Counted from the first letter of the stretch, positions 31,054 through 43,012 are shown. The stretch: 64,000 bases of DNA from an uncultured Planctomycetota bacterium (GCA_963737655.1 CAVTTN010000002.1:1024001-1088000), one strand, 5' to 3'. Numbers and translations: made by a program. Notes: generated by a model from the sequence alone, not told the origin.

Positions 31054-32364
31054 TCACTTCTTCCCCTCGAACGCCACCCGCCAGACCGTCCCCGAGCCGT
31101 CGTCGGTCACGAGCAGGGCGCCGTCCCTGGCCACGGTCACGCCGACCGGGCGGCCCCAGACGTTGCCGTCGGGGGTGACGAAGCCGACGAGGAAGTCTTC
31201 ATATTCCCCGGTGGCCTTTCCGTCCTTCATCGGCACCCGGATCACCTTGTAACCCGTCCGCCTCGCCCGGTTCCACGAGCCGTGTTCGGACGCGAAAGCG
31301 TCGTTCTTGTACTCTTTGGGAAACATTTCGCCGGTATAGAACGTCATGTCGAGCGACGCGGAGTGGGACTGGAGCAACACGTCGGGCACGATCACCTTGT
31401 CCTGGAGCTCGGGGTGCTTCCCCTTGTGCCGGGGGTCCTGGTGGCCGCCGATGTAATAGAACGGCCAGCCGTAGAAGCCGCCTTCCTGGACGTGGGTGAT
31501 GTAATCGGGGACGAGGTGATCTCCGAGGCCGTCCCTCTCGTTGACCGAAGCCCAGAGCTTGCCGGTGGTTGGGTCGATCGCCAGGCCCACCGCGTTGCGA
31601 ATCCCCGACGCATAGATCCGCTCGTTCTTCCCCTCGGGGTCGAACGCCAGGATGTCGGCCCGACGGGCCTCGGCCTTCGCGGTGTCGGTGTCGTCCACGT
31701 TCGAACGTGAGCCCACCGAAACAAACATGGTCTTGCCGTCAGGCGAGAACAGGACGTCGCGGGTCCAGTGGCCGCCGCCGGTCAACCGGCCGCCGCCGGG
31801 GAGGTCGGCCACGACCGTCTCGGGCTTGCCCTCCGCCTCGGTCTGGCCATTTTTGTACGGAAACCGCACGACCGAATCGGTATTCGCCACATAAACGAAC
31901 GCCGGCTCCGGGCCCGGAGGATAGAACGCGACCCCGAACGGCTGGCGGAGGCCGGTGGCGAAGTCCTTCACCAGCTCGGGCGTGCCGTCGCCGTCGGCGT
32001 CGCGAAGCAGCTTCACCCGCCCCGGCCCGCTCTCGGCCACGAAAAGATCGCCGTTCGGAGCGGTCACGATCACTCGCGGATTGTTCAGTTTTGTGGCGAA
32101 TTCGGTGACCTTGAACCCCTCCGGCGCCTTCGGCCACGCCCCCTCGGGCCGCTTCACCACGCGAGGGCCATTGTTGGCCGAGGGGGTGTCGTACGGGGCC
32201 GGCAAATCAGCCGGCGTGAGCTTGCGGCGGACCCCGGGGGCATCGGTCGTCCAGTCCCCCATCGCCTCCGGGCCCGTGAGGGTCTTCGATTTCGGCTCAT
32301 CGGCGAGGGCGGGGATCGCGAAACCGACCAGGAAAATCAGGGCGGGACGAACGCATCGAGGCAT
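31054..32364 (-). CDS. Sorbosone dehydrogenase-family (beta-propeller sugar dehydrogenase)
   Basis: Signal peptide; GHWTRD, GIRNAVG, VNERDGLGD.LVPDY, HGSWNR, GRPVGV. Confidence 0.9.
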   Translation of the reverse strand: MPRCVRPALIFLVGFAIPALADEPKSKTLTGPEAMGDWTTDAPGVRRKLTPADLPAPYDTPSANNGPRVVKRPEGAWPKAPEGFKVTEFATKLNNPRVIVTAPNGDLFVAESGPGRVKLLRDADGDGTPELVKDFATGLRQPFGVAFYPPGPEPAFVYVANTDSVVRFPYKNGQTEAEGKPETVVADLPGGGRLTGGGHWTRDVLFSPDGKTMFVSVGSRSNVDDTDTAKAEARRADILAFDPEGKNERIYASGIRNAVGLAIDPTTGKLWASVNERDGLGDHLVPDYITHVQEGGFYGWPFYYIGGHQDPRHKGKHPELQDKVIVPDVLLQSHSASLDMTFYTGEMFPKEYKNDAFASEHGSWNRARRTGYKVIRVPMKDGKATGEYEDFLVGFVTPDGNVWGRPVGVTVARDGALLVTDDGSGTVWRVAFEGKK

Positions 32365-32462
32365 GGATGTCAATCCTGGAGGGAGGTGGGGCGGGTCTCC
32401 GAGCCATCTTGGCCGGGAGGGGGCCTCCGTGCAATCGCCGGGCCTCCTGGAAATCCGGGGAA

Positions 32463-32604
32463 GACCAACCGCCAAGCCGCCAAGAACGCCAAGGAGCAGA
32501 AGAGAAAACCAATCAGGTCATTTTTGGTCTTATCTTGTTTTTGTCGTTCTTTGCACTGCCTTTCTCTTCATTCCTTGGCGCCGTTGGCGTCTTGGCGGTT
32601 GGTC
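32463..32604. repeat. Triple-heptamer palindrome, CGCCAAG family (copy A)
   Basis: gaccaaccgccaagccgccaagaacgccaagga ... tccttggcgccgttggcgtcttggcggttggtc with AT-rich spacer. Confidence 0.85.
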
Positions 32605-32714
32605 TGCATTCCAACCCCTTGCACGGAGACGGAGGAGCCGTATCCTGGGCGGGACTCGCGGGGCTGGCCTCTCGCCCGAGCGGGGTTCGGACGTCCGATT
32701 TCGGGGGACCACCC

Positions 32715-34409
32715 GTGAGATTGCGAATCGCGGCCTTGTTCGTGATCGTGGCCGGTCCGTCGGCCCTCGCCGACGGCCCCGACCGGGCCTTTTCGGCGTT
32801 CGTGGACCGCTACTTCGACGCCCGGTTCCGGTTCAGCCCGAGCGACGGAACCTCAGCCGGGTTCCACGAATACGACGAGAAGCTCGAGGACCGTTCGAGG
32901 GCCGCGATCCGGGCCCGGATCACCGAGCTGGAGGCCCAGCTCGCCGCCCTGAACGGCCTCGACCGCTCGAAATTCTCCCCCGACGACGCCATCGACGCCG
33001 CCGTGCTCGACGGCCAGATCCGAGGAGAGCTGCTCGACCTGGACACCCTCAGAGTGCTCAAAACCAACCCGATGCCCTACATCGGCCTCCCCGGCGGGGC
33101 GATCGATGGTCTCATGAAGCGCAACTTTGCGCCGCCGAACAAACGCCTCCGCGCCGTGATCGCCCGCCTCAAGGGCGTCCCCGCCCTGCATGCGGCCCTG
33201 AAGGAGAACATCACGACGCCCCCGAAGGAATTCACCGACCTGGCGATCCGGATGGCCAAGGGGTCGGTCGGCTTCTTCGAGGACTCCGTGGCAAGCTGGG
33301 CCAAGGACGCGGCCGGGTCCGACGCCGTCCTCCTCGCCGAGTTCACCGGGGCCAACGACGCCGCCATCGCCTCGACCAAGGCGATCGCCGCCTGGCTCGA
33401 ATCGGACCTAAAGCCAAGGTCGAACGGGAAATACGCCATCGGCGCCGAGAATTTCCTCAAGAAGCTGAAATACGAAGAAATGGTCGAACTGCCCTTCGCC
33501 GACCTGCTGGCGAAAGGCGAAGCGAACCTGGCGCGTGACTACGAAAACTTCGTGAAGACGGCGAAACTCATCGACCCGTCGAAGACCCCGGCCGAGGTCA
33601 TGAAGGGCCTCTCCGACGACCACCCGACCGCCGACGACCTGATCCCTTCGGTCCGAAGGTCCGTCGAGGCCGCCCGCGCCTTCGTCGTCGAGAAGAACAT
33701 CGTGACCGTACCCTCCGAGGTCCGCGTCAAAATCGAGGAGACCCCGCCCTACGCCCGCTCCGGCTCGTTCGCCTCGATGGACACACCCGGACCTTACGAA
33801 ACCAAAGCGACCGAAGCGTTTTATTACGTGACGCCGGTCGAGAAGGACTGGACCAAAGAGCACAAAGACGAGCACCTCCGGCTCTACAACCCACCGGTCG
33901 TGGCGATGATCAACGTCCACGAAGCCTATCCCGGCCATTATCTCCAGTTTCTCTATGCCCCCCGTTTCCCCTCGAAGACGAGGAAACTCACGTTCTGCGG
34001 GACGAACGTGGAAGGCTGGGCCCACTACACCGAGCAGATGATGGTTGACCAGGGATTCGGCAACGGCGATCCCAAGATCCGCCTGGCGCAGCTCCAGGAA
34101 GCCTTGTTGAGAGACTGTCGGTACGTCGTGGGCATCAAACTGCACACCGAGGGGATGACCGTCGAGGACGGGGCGAAACTGTTTGTCGAGAAAGGGTTTC
34201 AGGAGCCGGCCAACGCGTTTGAGGAGTCGCGTCGAGGGGCTTACAACCCGACCTATCTCTATTACACGTTCGGCAAGCTCCAGATCCAGGAGCTTCGCGA
34301 CGAGTACCTGGCCAAAACGGGCAAACCTCTGCGCGAATTCCACGATCGGTTCGTGGCCCAGGGCGGGTTGCCGATCGTCCTGGTTCGAAAGATCCTGTTT
34401 CATGATTGA
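32715..34409 (+). CDS. DUF885 domain exported protein
   Basis: GTG start and signal peptide; HEAYPGHYLQ, EGWAHYTE, YYTFGKLQI, FHD. Confidence 0.9.
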   Translation: MRLRIAALFVIVAGPSALADGPDRAFSAFVDRYFDARFRFSPSDGTSAGFHEYDEKLEDRSRAAIRARITELEAQLAALNGLDRSKFSPDDAIDAAVLDGQIRGELLDLDTLRVLKTNPMPYIGLPGGAIDGLMKRNFAPPNKRLRAVIARLKGVPALHAALKENITTPPKEFTDLAIRMAKGSVGFFEDSVASWAKDAAGSDAVLLAEFTGANDAAIASTKAIAAWLESDLKPRSNGKYAIGAENFLKKLKYEEMVELPFADLLAKGEANLARDYENFVKTAKLIDPSKTPAEVMKGLSDDHPTADDLIPSVRRSVEAARAFVVEKNIVTVPSEVRVKIEETPPYARSGSFASMDTPGPYETKATEAFYYVTPVEKDWTKEHKDEHLRLYNPPVVAMINVHEAYPGHYLQFLYAPRFPSKTRKLTFCGTNVEGWAHYTEQMMVDQGFGNGDPKIRLAQLQEALLRDCRYVVGIKLHTEGMTVEDGAKLFVEKGFQEPANAFEESRRGAYNPTYLYYTFGKLQIQELRDEYLAKTGKPLREFHDRFVAQGGLPIVLVRKILFHD

Positions 34410-34456
34410 ATGGAGGGCCGGTCGCCGGTAAGCTCCACCGATCCCGGAGTCCTCCC

Positions 34457-34993
34457 ATGATCTTCACCCCAACGGCCCTCCCGGGCGCGTTCTTGATCGA
34501 GCCGGAACGCATCCACGACGACCGAGGGTTCTTCGCCCGGCTCTACACGCCCGAGGAATTCGAGGCCCACGGCCTGAACCCCCGGATCGCCCAGACGAGC
34601 GCCTCGTTCAACCGGGTCAAAGGGACGCTCCGGGGCATGCACTACCAGTCGCCCCCCCACGCCGAGGCGAAACTCGTAAGATGCGGGGCCGGTGCGATTT
34701 ACGACGTGATCATCGACCTCCGGCCGGAGTCGCCAACCTTCCGAAAGTGGGTCGGCGTCGAACTCTCGGCCGAGAATCGCCGGATGCTCTACATCCCCGA
34801 AGGGTTCGCCCACGGGTTCCTGACCCTGGCGGACGCCTCGGAGGTCTTCTATCAACTTTCGGCCGGTTACGCCCCCCAGGCCGCTCGGGGGGTCCGCCAT
34901 GACGACCCCGCGTTCGGCATCGCATGGCCGGGCGAGGTCGTCGTCATCGCCCCCCGGGATCGCGATTACCCCGATTTTGAGGTTCCCGCCTGA
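34457..34993 (+). CDS. rfbC: dTDP-4-dehydrorhamnose 3,5-epimerase
   Basis: DDRGFFAR, GTLRGMHYQ, KLVRC..GAIYDVIIDLR.ESPTF, LYIPEGFAHGF. Confidence 0.92.
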   Translation: MIFTPTALPGAFLIEPERIHDDRGFFARLYTPEEFEAHGLNPRIAQTSASFNRVKGTLRGMHYQSPPHAEAKLVRCGAGAIYDVIIDLRPESPTFRKWVGVELSAENRRMLYIPEGFAHGFLTLADASEVFYQLSAGYAPQAARGVRHDDPAFGIAWPGEVVVIAPRDRDYPDFEVPA

Positions 34994-35052
34994 ATGACTG
35001 GCCGAGGATCAAGGGTGGTGCGTTGCATGCACCAGGCGCAGGAGGCCCCGCG

Positions 35053-35962
35053 ATGAAAGCCGTGGTGATCGGTGGCTCGGGACAGATTGGCGGCTGGCTC
35101 CTTCATCATCTTCATGCCCGAAACCATGAGGCCGTAGGTACTTACCACACGGTTGCCTTTCCCGGCCTGCTGCGGCTGGATGGGGCCGACCTGGCCGCTT
35201 CGGCGGCCTGGCTCCGCGAGAAACGGCCGGATTGGGTCTTCTTTCCCGCCGGGTTTACATGGGTGGATGGATGCCAACGCGATCCGGCGAAGGCCCGGGG
35301 GGCGAACCGGGATCAGCCGTTGAACCTGGCGAGGGCGGCGGCGGAGATCGGGGCGAAATTCCTGTATTTCTCCACCGATTATGTCTTCGACGGCGAGACG
35401 GGGCCGAATTCCGAAGGGGATCCCCCGAGGCCGGTCAATGTCTATGGCGAGGCAAAACTTGAAGCCGAGCAACAACTTATGGAAGATCTGGGCGACCGCG
35501 CCCTGATCGCCCGGACTTCCTGGGTCTACGGACCCGAGAAGCAAGGGAAAAATTTTGCCTATCAAATCGTGAAGACGCTCACGCAGGGCAAGACCCTCGT
35601 GGCGCCGACGGACATGGTCTCGAACCCGAGCTATGGCCCCGATGTGGCCGAGGCGGCCGTTCGGCTGGCCGAGATGGGGCAATCGGGTCTGCTCCATGTC
35701 GTCGGGCCCGAACTCTTGCCAAGGCTGGAGTTTGCGCGAGGGATCGCCGAGGCGTTCGGGCTCGATCCGTCGCTCGTCCTGGGCAAGACCACGGCCGAGA
35801 CCACTCCCGAGACCTGCGCGTCCGCTGCGGGGCGGCCTCCGCTCGGATCGACTCGAAGGGCTCCTGCCCGGGTTGATGAGGCCGCTCGGGCCCTCCCTGG
35901 CGGACTTCCTGGCCCGCGTGGCCTCGGATCAAGGCTGGGCCGATCCTCGGAGGCATGCCTGA
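35053..35962 (+). CDS. rfbD: dTDP-4-dehydrorhamnose reductase-family SDR (frameshift near 35815)
   Basis: GGSGQIG, STDYVFDG, YGEAK, RTSWVYG; C-terminus RPLRGGLRSDRL.. continues in ORF 35633-35962. Confidence 0.82.
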
Positions 35963-36245
35963 TGTGGCGCAACTTCTTGATCCTTCTACATTTCAGGATG
36001 CTTTCCGGCCCGGCCTGCTCGACCCTCCGGCCGGGGGACGAGGCCCCGTCGAGGTCCGTCAGGGGCATTTGTTCACGGGTGATCGACGTTTGCGCCAGTT
36101 TGGGGTGAATTTGTGCTGCGACGCCAGCTTTCCCGCCATGACAACGTCATCGTCGATCGCCGATGAAGTTTATTTGCATGCTTTTCCGATCGGACCGGAC
36201 CGAGTTTCGCGACCTGGATCGTTGGCCCCGAGTCCTGGGATCTTC

Positions 36246-39200
36246 ATGTCCCGACGCGCTTCGGACCGGAATCTTTTGTTCGGAATCCTCGCGGTCCAGA
36301 TGGACTTTGTCTCGCGGGATGACCTGATTGCGGCGATGAATGCCTGGGTTCTGGAGAAGGGGCGGGGCCTGGGGGAGATATTGGTCGAGCGAGGGGCGAT
36401 GGAGGCGGGTGAGAGGGCCTTGCTGGAGCCGATGGTCGATCGGCACGTGGCCCGTCATGGAGGCGACCCGGAGCGGAGCCTGGCCTCGCTGAGCTCGGTG
36501 GAGTGGATGGCGGCCGAAGTGCGGGGGAAGGTGGCCGACGAGGAGGTGGCCGAGAGCCTGTCGATGCTGAGGTCAGCGGAAGACGGCTGGAGCACCCGGC
36601 CCTCGTCGCAAGTCCTTCCCCCGTCTCCACCTGGGCTCCGATTTCGGAAGATCCGCGACCATGCCAGGGGGGGGCTGGGCGTGGTGTTCGTCGCCCTGGA
36701 CTCCGAGCTCAACCGCGAGGTCGCGCTCAAGGAGATCAAGCCGGCCTTCGCCGACCATCCCGAAGGGCGGGCCCGGTTCCTCCTGGAAGGGGAGATCACC
36801 GGGGGGCTGGAGCATCCGGGGATCGTCCCGGTTTATGGCCTGGGGCGGTACGAGGATGGCCGCCCGTTCTACGCCATGAGGTTCATCAAGGGGGACAGCC
36901 TGAAGGAGGCGATCGATCGGTTCCACCTGGCCGACTCGGACCGAAACCGTGACCCGGGTACGCGTTCGGTCGAGCTTCGCGACCTGCTCCGGCGGTTCCT
37001 GGACGTCTGCAACGCCGTGGCGTATGCCCATTCGCGGGGGGTGTTGCATCGCGACTTGAAGCCGAACAACATCATGGTGGGCCGATTCGGCGAGACGTTG
37101 GTGGTGGATTGGGGGCTGGCGAAGGTGGTGGGGCGACCTGAGGGGGATGGGTCGAGCGAGCCGACCTTGCGGCCATCGTCGGCGAGCGGGACGGGGGAGA
37201 CGATCCCGAACTCGGCGCTGGGGACGCCCGGTTACATGAGTCCGGAGCAGGCGGCCGGGCGGATTGACCAGCTCGGCCCGGCGACCGACGTTTACAGTTT
37301 GGGGGCCACGCTTTACGCCGTGCTCGTGGGTCACGGGCCGTTCCGGGGGCTGAACGCCGAGGCGGCGGTGGCGATGGCGATCGTCGGCCGGTTTCCCCGG
37401 CCGAGGGAGGCGAACCGCTCGGTGCCTCGGGCGTTGGAGGCCGTCTGCCTGAAGGCGATGGCGGCTCGGCCGGGGGATCGCTATCCGTCTCCCCTGGAGC
37501 TGGCCGAGGACCTCAAGAAGTGGCTGGCCGACGAGCGCGTGTCGGCCTATCGAGAGCCGTTGCCGGCGCGAGCCTGGCGGTGGGCCCGGAGGCATCGGAC
37601 GGCCCTGGTGGCGGCGGGATGGTCGTTGGTCCTGGCTCTCGCGGTGGGCGGGTTCCAGGTCTGGCGTCGGGCCGACGACCGGAGAAGGGCCGACGACCTG
37701 GTGGATCGGCTGATCCGGGGGGACGTGGCCGACTCGCCCGCCCTGGCCGAGGCGCTGGTCCCCCTCCGCGAGTTCGCCGAGCCGAGGTTGACGAGGCTGG
37801 CGTCGTCGTCCGACCGCTCCCTGGCGCTCCGGGTCTCGCTCGCCCTGTTACGGATGGACCCGGGTCGGGCCGAGGGGCTGGCGTCGCGGATCTTCGTGGA
37901 GCCCCCGGAGGTCGCCGCGGTCCTGATCCGCCAGCTTCGCCCCTTCGGGGACCGCCTGTCGGCGCTCCTGCCCGAGATGGCCCGAGGCGGGGGCGCGTCG
38001 GCCCGGCTCCGGGCGGAGTCGGCCGGGGTCGCGTTCTCTCCCGAGGCGTCTCGGGGCCCGGAGTGGTTCGAGGCCGTCGCCCGGGACCTCCTGGCCGAAG
38101 ACCCGGGGGCGGCCCAGGTCTGGAGCGGGTTCCTGGACCCGTTTGGCCGGGGACTCCTCGTTCCGCTCAAAACCGCTTATCGTTCCAGGGTTTACGACGG
38201 ACAAAGACCGGAGGAAAAAGGCCGCGCCCGGGCCCTGATCGAGCGGTTCGCCGGGGACGATCCGTCTCTGCGGATCGACCTGTTGCCGGACGCCGAACCG
38301 GAGTTCTTCGAGCGGCTGATTTCGCAAATCCCCCCGGGTGCCGCCTCGGCCGGGCATCCGGCGCTTGCGCCTCTTGCCCCGTTGCCGCCCCTTGCGCTGA
38401 TCCCGCCTCTTACCCCCGACCCACGCCCGGACGACGCGCTCGATCGCCGGCGGGCCCAGGCCGCCGTGGCCCGGAGCCGGCTCGATCCGTCGGCCGACCT
38501 GGTCGAATTCCTCGACCGATCGCCCGATCCGAACCTTCGTTCGCACCTGATCCGGCTTTTTGGAGAACTTGGGGGAGATTGGAAACGGATTCGGGATCGA
38601 CTTCTCGACCGAGACGACCCGCCCGGGGTGCGGTCGGCCCTGATCTTGATCCTGGGCGACCTCTCGGCCGCGATCCCGAGAGAGGCCCGAGATTCCCTGG
38701 TTGTCCGACTCCTCCCCGTCTACCGGAACGATCGTGATCCGGGGGTCCACGGCGCCCTGGCCCGCCTCCTGGACCGGATCGGGGCGATCGAGACCCGACG
38801 AGAGGCGGATTCGACATTGGCGAGGCTCGGCCCGAGGGCCGGTCAGGGCTGGTTCGTGGCCCCGGGAGGCCACACGATGGTGGTGGTCCGTCCGCAAAAG
38901 TTCGCATTCGGGTCTCCGAACGACGAAACCGGCCGGGAACGGGGCGATCTGGACCGCGAGACGGCCTCGATTGACACAGAGTACGCGATCGGGGCGAGGG
39001 AGGTAACCTGGGGGGAATTCCGCCGGTTCCTGGCCGCGACGAAGGGCAAGGTGGTCCACTATTCGGGGGACCAGGAGGGTGGATTGGATGCGGACGACTT
39101 GCCGGCGATTTCCGTAACCTGGTTTGTGGCCATGCAGTTCTGTCGGTGGCTCAGCGAGCAGGAGGGGTTCGGCGAGGACCAGATGTGCTACCCGAAGGTC

Positions 39201-39638
39201 GAGGCGATCGGCCCCGGGTTCCGTCCCGACCCGGTCCTCGGCCAGAGGCTGGGATACCGGCTCCCGACGGAGAAGGAATGGGAATGCGCGGCCAGGGCCG
39301 GCGCGTCGTCGGCGAGGTCTTACGGCCGGTCCGACGCGCTCCTGGGCGGCTATGCGGTGTTCGGGGTCGAGCGGCCGGCCCGGGTTGGCACTCGATTGCC
39401 GAACGAATGGGGGCTTTTCGATACACTGGGGAACGTTGCGGAATGGTGCAACGATCTTTACGAGACCAGGCCGGACCGGAACGGTATCGTCGCGCCGTTC
39501 CGCGTCCAGCGGGGCGGTTCGTTCGCCCTGCCGTATCCGGGATACGTGCGGGACGCCCATCGGGACGGCTACTCGCCGGAGCTGGTGAACATGACGGTCG
39601 GTTTCCGGGTGGCTCGGTTCATGATCGCGCCGAAATAG
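36246..39638 (+). CDS. Ser/Thr kinase fused to a C-terminal FGE-sulfatase (SUMF1) domain
   Basis: DRNLLFGILAVQMDF planctomycete N-terminus; HRDLKPNN, DWGLAK, GTPGYMSPEQ; YRLPTEKEWECAARAG, GNVAEWC, RGGSF, GFRVAR. Confidence 0.92.
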   Translation: MSRRASDRNLLFGILAVQMDFVSRDDLIAAMNAWVLEKGRGLGEILVERGAMEAGERALLEPMVDRHVARHGGDPERSLASLSSVEWMAAEVRGKVADEEVAESLSMLRSAEDGWSTRPSSQVLPPSPPGLRFRKIRDHARGGLGVVFVALDSELNREVALKEIKPAFADHPEGRARFLLEGEITGGLEHPGIVPVYGLGRYEDGRPFYAMRFIKGDSLKEAIDRFHLADSDRNRDPGTRSVELRDLLRRFLDVCNAVAYAHSRGVLHRDLKPNNIMVGRFGETLVVDWGLAKVVGRPEGDGSSEPTLRPSSASGTGETIPNSALGTPGYMSPEQAAGRIDQLGPATDVYSLGATLYAVLVGHGPFRGLNAEAAVAMAIVGRFPRPREANRSVPRALEAVCLKAMAARPGDRYPSPLELAEDLKKWLADERVSAYREPLPARAWRWARRHRTALVAAGWSLVLALAVGGFQVWRRADDRRRADDLVDRLIRGDVADSPALAEALVPLREFAEPRLTRLASSSDRSLALRVSLALLRMDPGRAEGLASRIFVEPPEVAAVLIRQLRPFGDRLSALLPEMARGGGASARLRAESAGVAFSPEASRGPEWFEAVARDLLAEDPGAAQVWSGFLDPFGRGLLVPLKTAYRSRVYDGQRPEEKGRARALIERFAGDDPSLRIDLLPDAEPEFFERLISQIPPGAASAGHPALAPLAPLPPLALIPPLTPDPRPDDALDRRRAQAAVARSRLDPSADLVEFLDRSPDPNLRSHLIRLFGELGGDWKRIRDRLLDRDDPPGVRSALILILGDLSAAIPREARDSLVVRLLPVYRNDRDPGVHGALARLLDRIGAIETRREADSTLARLGPRAGQGWFVAPGGHTMVVVRPQKFAFGSPNDETGRERGDLDRETASIDTEYAIGAREVTWGEFRRFLAATKGKVVHYSGDQEGGLDADDLPAISVTWFVAMQFCRWLSEQEGFGEDQMCYPKVEAIGPGFRPDPVLGQRLGYRLPTEKEWECAARAGASSARSYGRSDALLGGYAVFGVERPARVGTRLPNEWGLFDTLGNVAEWCNDLYETRPDRNGIVAPFRVQRGGSFALPYPGYVRDAHRDGYSPELVNMTVGFRVARFMIAPK

Positions 39639-39770
39639 GAAGATGTTTGACAGAGAGGTCGGGGCCGGTCATCTTCTTCAAGGGACATCCCTCCCAACCG
39701 TTCGGCCTTTCCGTCCCGGCGACGCGATCGCGACGAGGGCCGTGCTCCCCGACACGAAGAGAGAGCGACG

Positions 39771-42700
39771 ATGCCTCGGACCTTGCGCCGCCGACGCCCC
39801 TCCCGCCGTCCTGGGGCCGAGCTCCTGGAGCCTCGGGCCTTGCTGGCCACCGGGGCGACGATCCCGTTCACGTTCCAGGTGGATGACCCGTCCCACCTGT
39901 TCACCAACCCGCAACTGGCGGCGACCCTGGCGGCGGCCGGCGCGACGATGACAGCCCTGGTGCCGGGCCCGGCGATCGTGACCGGAGGGGCGCGGCCCAG
40001 GCGGCTTCGAGCGTGACGGTCGTCCTCCGCCCCGACGCGACGGTCACCGCCCCCCGGCCCGGGACGCCGATCTATTTCCCCCGGCTCGGCTGGCGAGACT
40101 CCTCGGTGATGAGGGACCTCCGAGGCGTCGGGAACGTCGAGTTGCCGATCGACGTCCCTCCCGATGATGTCAATGACAAGTCCGGGACGGTGTACGTGGG
40201 GGCGAGCCCGAGCGTCCCGGCGGGGATGGAGGATTTCTATTCGGTCCTGCTCCGGGAGACGCTCCACGGCCTGGGGTTCCAGGGCTACCGGCAGCCCAAC
40301 GGCACGTTCCCGAGCGATTCCAACGGCACGTACCGCTCGGCGTTCGACCACCTGGAGACCCCCGGCTCGGGCGGGACGATCCAGTTCTCCGGGACCAAGG
40401 CAAAGGCGGCGGCCGGCAGCTCGGCGATCGTGGTCGATCCGGTCCAGGCCGGCGACCCGACGGGCGACGAGGAGGGGACGGACTTCGGAGGAGAGATCAC
40501 CTATCTGTATTTCCTCGCCCCCCCGGGCGGGACGCAGGACCTGATGCAGAGAGACTTGCCCAGCGGGACGAGGCTCCAGCCCTCGGCGATCGACGCGGCG
40601 ATCCTCGACGACCTGATCCAGGCGCCGGCGATCCTCGCCTCGGGCGACCTGGCGGCCCAGCCGGTGGCCTCGACGCTGAGCGTCCCGGTGTCGGTCGTCG
40701 GCCCGCCGCCGAACGGCACGACCGTCACCGTGACGGCCCAGACCGTCGACGGATCGGCCAGGGCGGGCGTGGATTACGTCGCGAGCTCGGAGACCGAGAC
40801 GTTCGACGGCACGCTCAACACGTTCAACCTCTCCGTGCCCATCCAGGCCGTCTCGACGCCCTCGCCCGACAAGACGTTCGGGGTCCAGCTCGTGGGGTCG
40901 GACGGGACGATTTATGATCAGATCTCGGTGAAGATCGTCCACGACGGCGCCCCGCCGGTCGTCTCGGTGTCGCCGCCCCTCCAGCCGATCGTCACGAACC
41001 CCGGCGTAGCGGAGGCCGACTTCACGGTGACGCTCTCGGCCTCCGAGCCCTACCCGGTGACGGTCCAGTACGCGACCCAGGACGGCTCGGCGAAGGCCCC
41101 CGGGGATTACTCGGCGACGAGCGGGACGTTGACGTTCGCCCCGGGGCAGACGAGCAAGGCGGTGGCCGTCCCGGTCACGGTGTCGCGGGTTGGGGGGCCG
41201 AGCAAGGCGTTTTCCCTGATCCTCTCCAACCCGTCGAACGCGACGATCGGCCAGGGGACCGCCAGCGAGTCGATCTTCGAGGGGACGGCCGACGTGGTGG
41301 TCACGAACCCGTCGGCAGGGGCGGCGACGGTGACCGTCGGGCAGGCGGGGATTCCGCTGTCGATCCACCTGGCCTCGACTCCCGAGTTCCCCGTGAACGT
41401 GACGCTGAGCGGCGGCGCCTCGCTGGCCGCCTCGCCCCAGGTCCTGTATTTCAACCCGTCGAACTGGAACGTGGACCAGACCGTCATCGTCGCCGCCAAT
41501 GACATCGGCGGGTCGGCCGGGACGTATCCGGCGACGCTCTCGGCGATGTTCACGTCGGCCGACCCGCGATATTCGAACGTGACGGCCCCGACGGCCTATC
41601 CGGTCTCGGTGGTGGTGCCGCCGGGCCGGGCGTCGGCGATCGTCGCGTTCGACTCGGCCTCGTACTCGGCGACCCAGGGTTCGCCGGTGATGGTGACGCT
41701 CAGCCGGACCGGCGACCTCTCGCAGGCCGTGACGGTCGTCCTGGTCGCCTCGGACGGCACCGCGCACGTCGGGACCGACTACCAGCCGAACTCGCAGACG
41801 ATCACGATCGCCGCGGGGCAGACGAGCGTCCAGGCCGCGATCACGACCACGGCGTTTCCCGGGTTCATCGGCCAGAGGATGCTCGGGCTGAGCCTGATGA
41901 CCTCGGGTTCGGGCGTCCACATCGGCCCGATGGCCACGGCCTCGGCCGCGATCGTCGGGGTCGGCCTGAACGTCCCCCACAAGGCGGTCCCGGGCGACTT
42001 CGACGGCGACGGCAAGAGCGACGTCGCCGTGTTCGACCCGCCGACGGTGACGTATTACATCAGCTACAGCGGGGGAGGGGCCAAGGTCTTCGCCTTCGGC
42101 GTGCCCAACGGCCAGGACATCCCGCTCTACGGCGATTATGACGGCGACGGCAAGACCGACATCGCCGTGTACGACCCGCCGACTCCACGTTCTACGTCGT
42201 CTACAGCGGAGGGGCGCGAAGGTCTACCCGTTCGGCATCCCCAACGGCCAGGACATCCCGATTGCCGGCGATTACGACGGCGACGGCAAGACCGACTTCG
42301 CCGTCTTCGACCCCAGGACCGTCACCTTCTTCATCAGCTACAGCGGAGGGGGCGCCAAGGTCTTCCAGTTCGGCAATCCCAACGGGCAGGACATCCCCAT
42401 CCCGGGCGACTACGACGGCGACGGCAAGACGGATATCGCCGTGTTCGACCCGCCCTCGGCCACCTTCTACATCGCCTATTCGTCCGGGGGCGCGAAGGTC
42501 TTCCAGTTCGGCAACCCCAACGGCACGGACCTGCCGATCGCCGGGGATTTCGACGGCGACGGCAAGACGGATATCGCCGTGTTCGACCCGCCGAGCGTGA
42601 CGTATTACGTGAGCTATTCGGGCGGAGGGGCCAAGGTCTTCCAGTTCGGCGTGCCCAACGGGACGGACCTGCCGGTCCCGGCCGATTACGACGGCGACGG

Positions 42701-43007
42701 CAAGAGCGAGACCGCCGTGTACGACCCGCCGAGCTCGACCTTCTACATCTCCTATTCCAGCGGAGGGGCGAAGGTCTACCCGTTCGGCATCCCCGGCGGC
42801 CAGGACATCCCGGTCCCGGCGGTCGTCCGAGGTCGAGGGCAATCCGCGTCGGCCACGATCGCGAGCATCCAGGGCAGCCCGGACGCCTCGCCGACGGAAC
42901 GGGCCGCGATGATCGCCCCGCCGCCGTCGTCCGATCCGACCTCGCCGCCCCCGATCGCGAAACGGCATCACGGCCCGGCCCGGCATCGGTCCTTGTCGGG
43001 TGCATGA
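39771..43007 (+). CDS. Large secreted protein: LEPR-xLL motif, zincin-like region, Calx-beta domains and six FG-GAP-like repeats (frameshifts near 39990, 42183, 42213)
   Basis: ELLEPRALLA; TVDGSARAGVDY, ATQDGSAKAPGDY, ASDGTAHVGTDY; six GD(F/Y)DGDGK(T/S)-like repeats at about 138-nt period. Confidence 0.8.
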
Positions 43008-43012
43008 TTTCC

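Noticed and set aside
41990..42820. DNA repeat array at about 138-nt period
   Set aside because: Explained by coding FG-GAP-like repeats with synonymous variation
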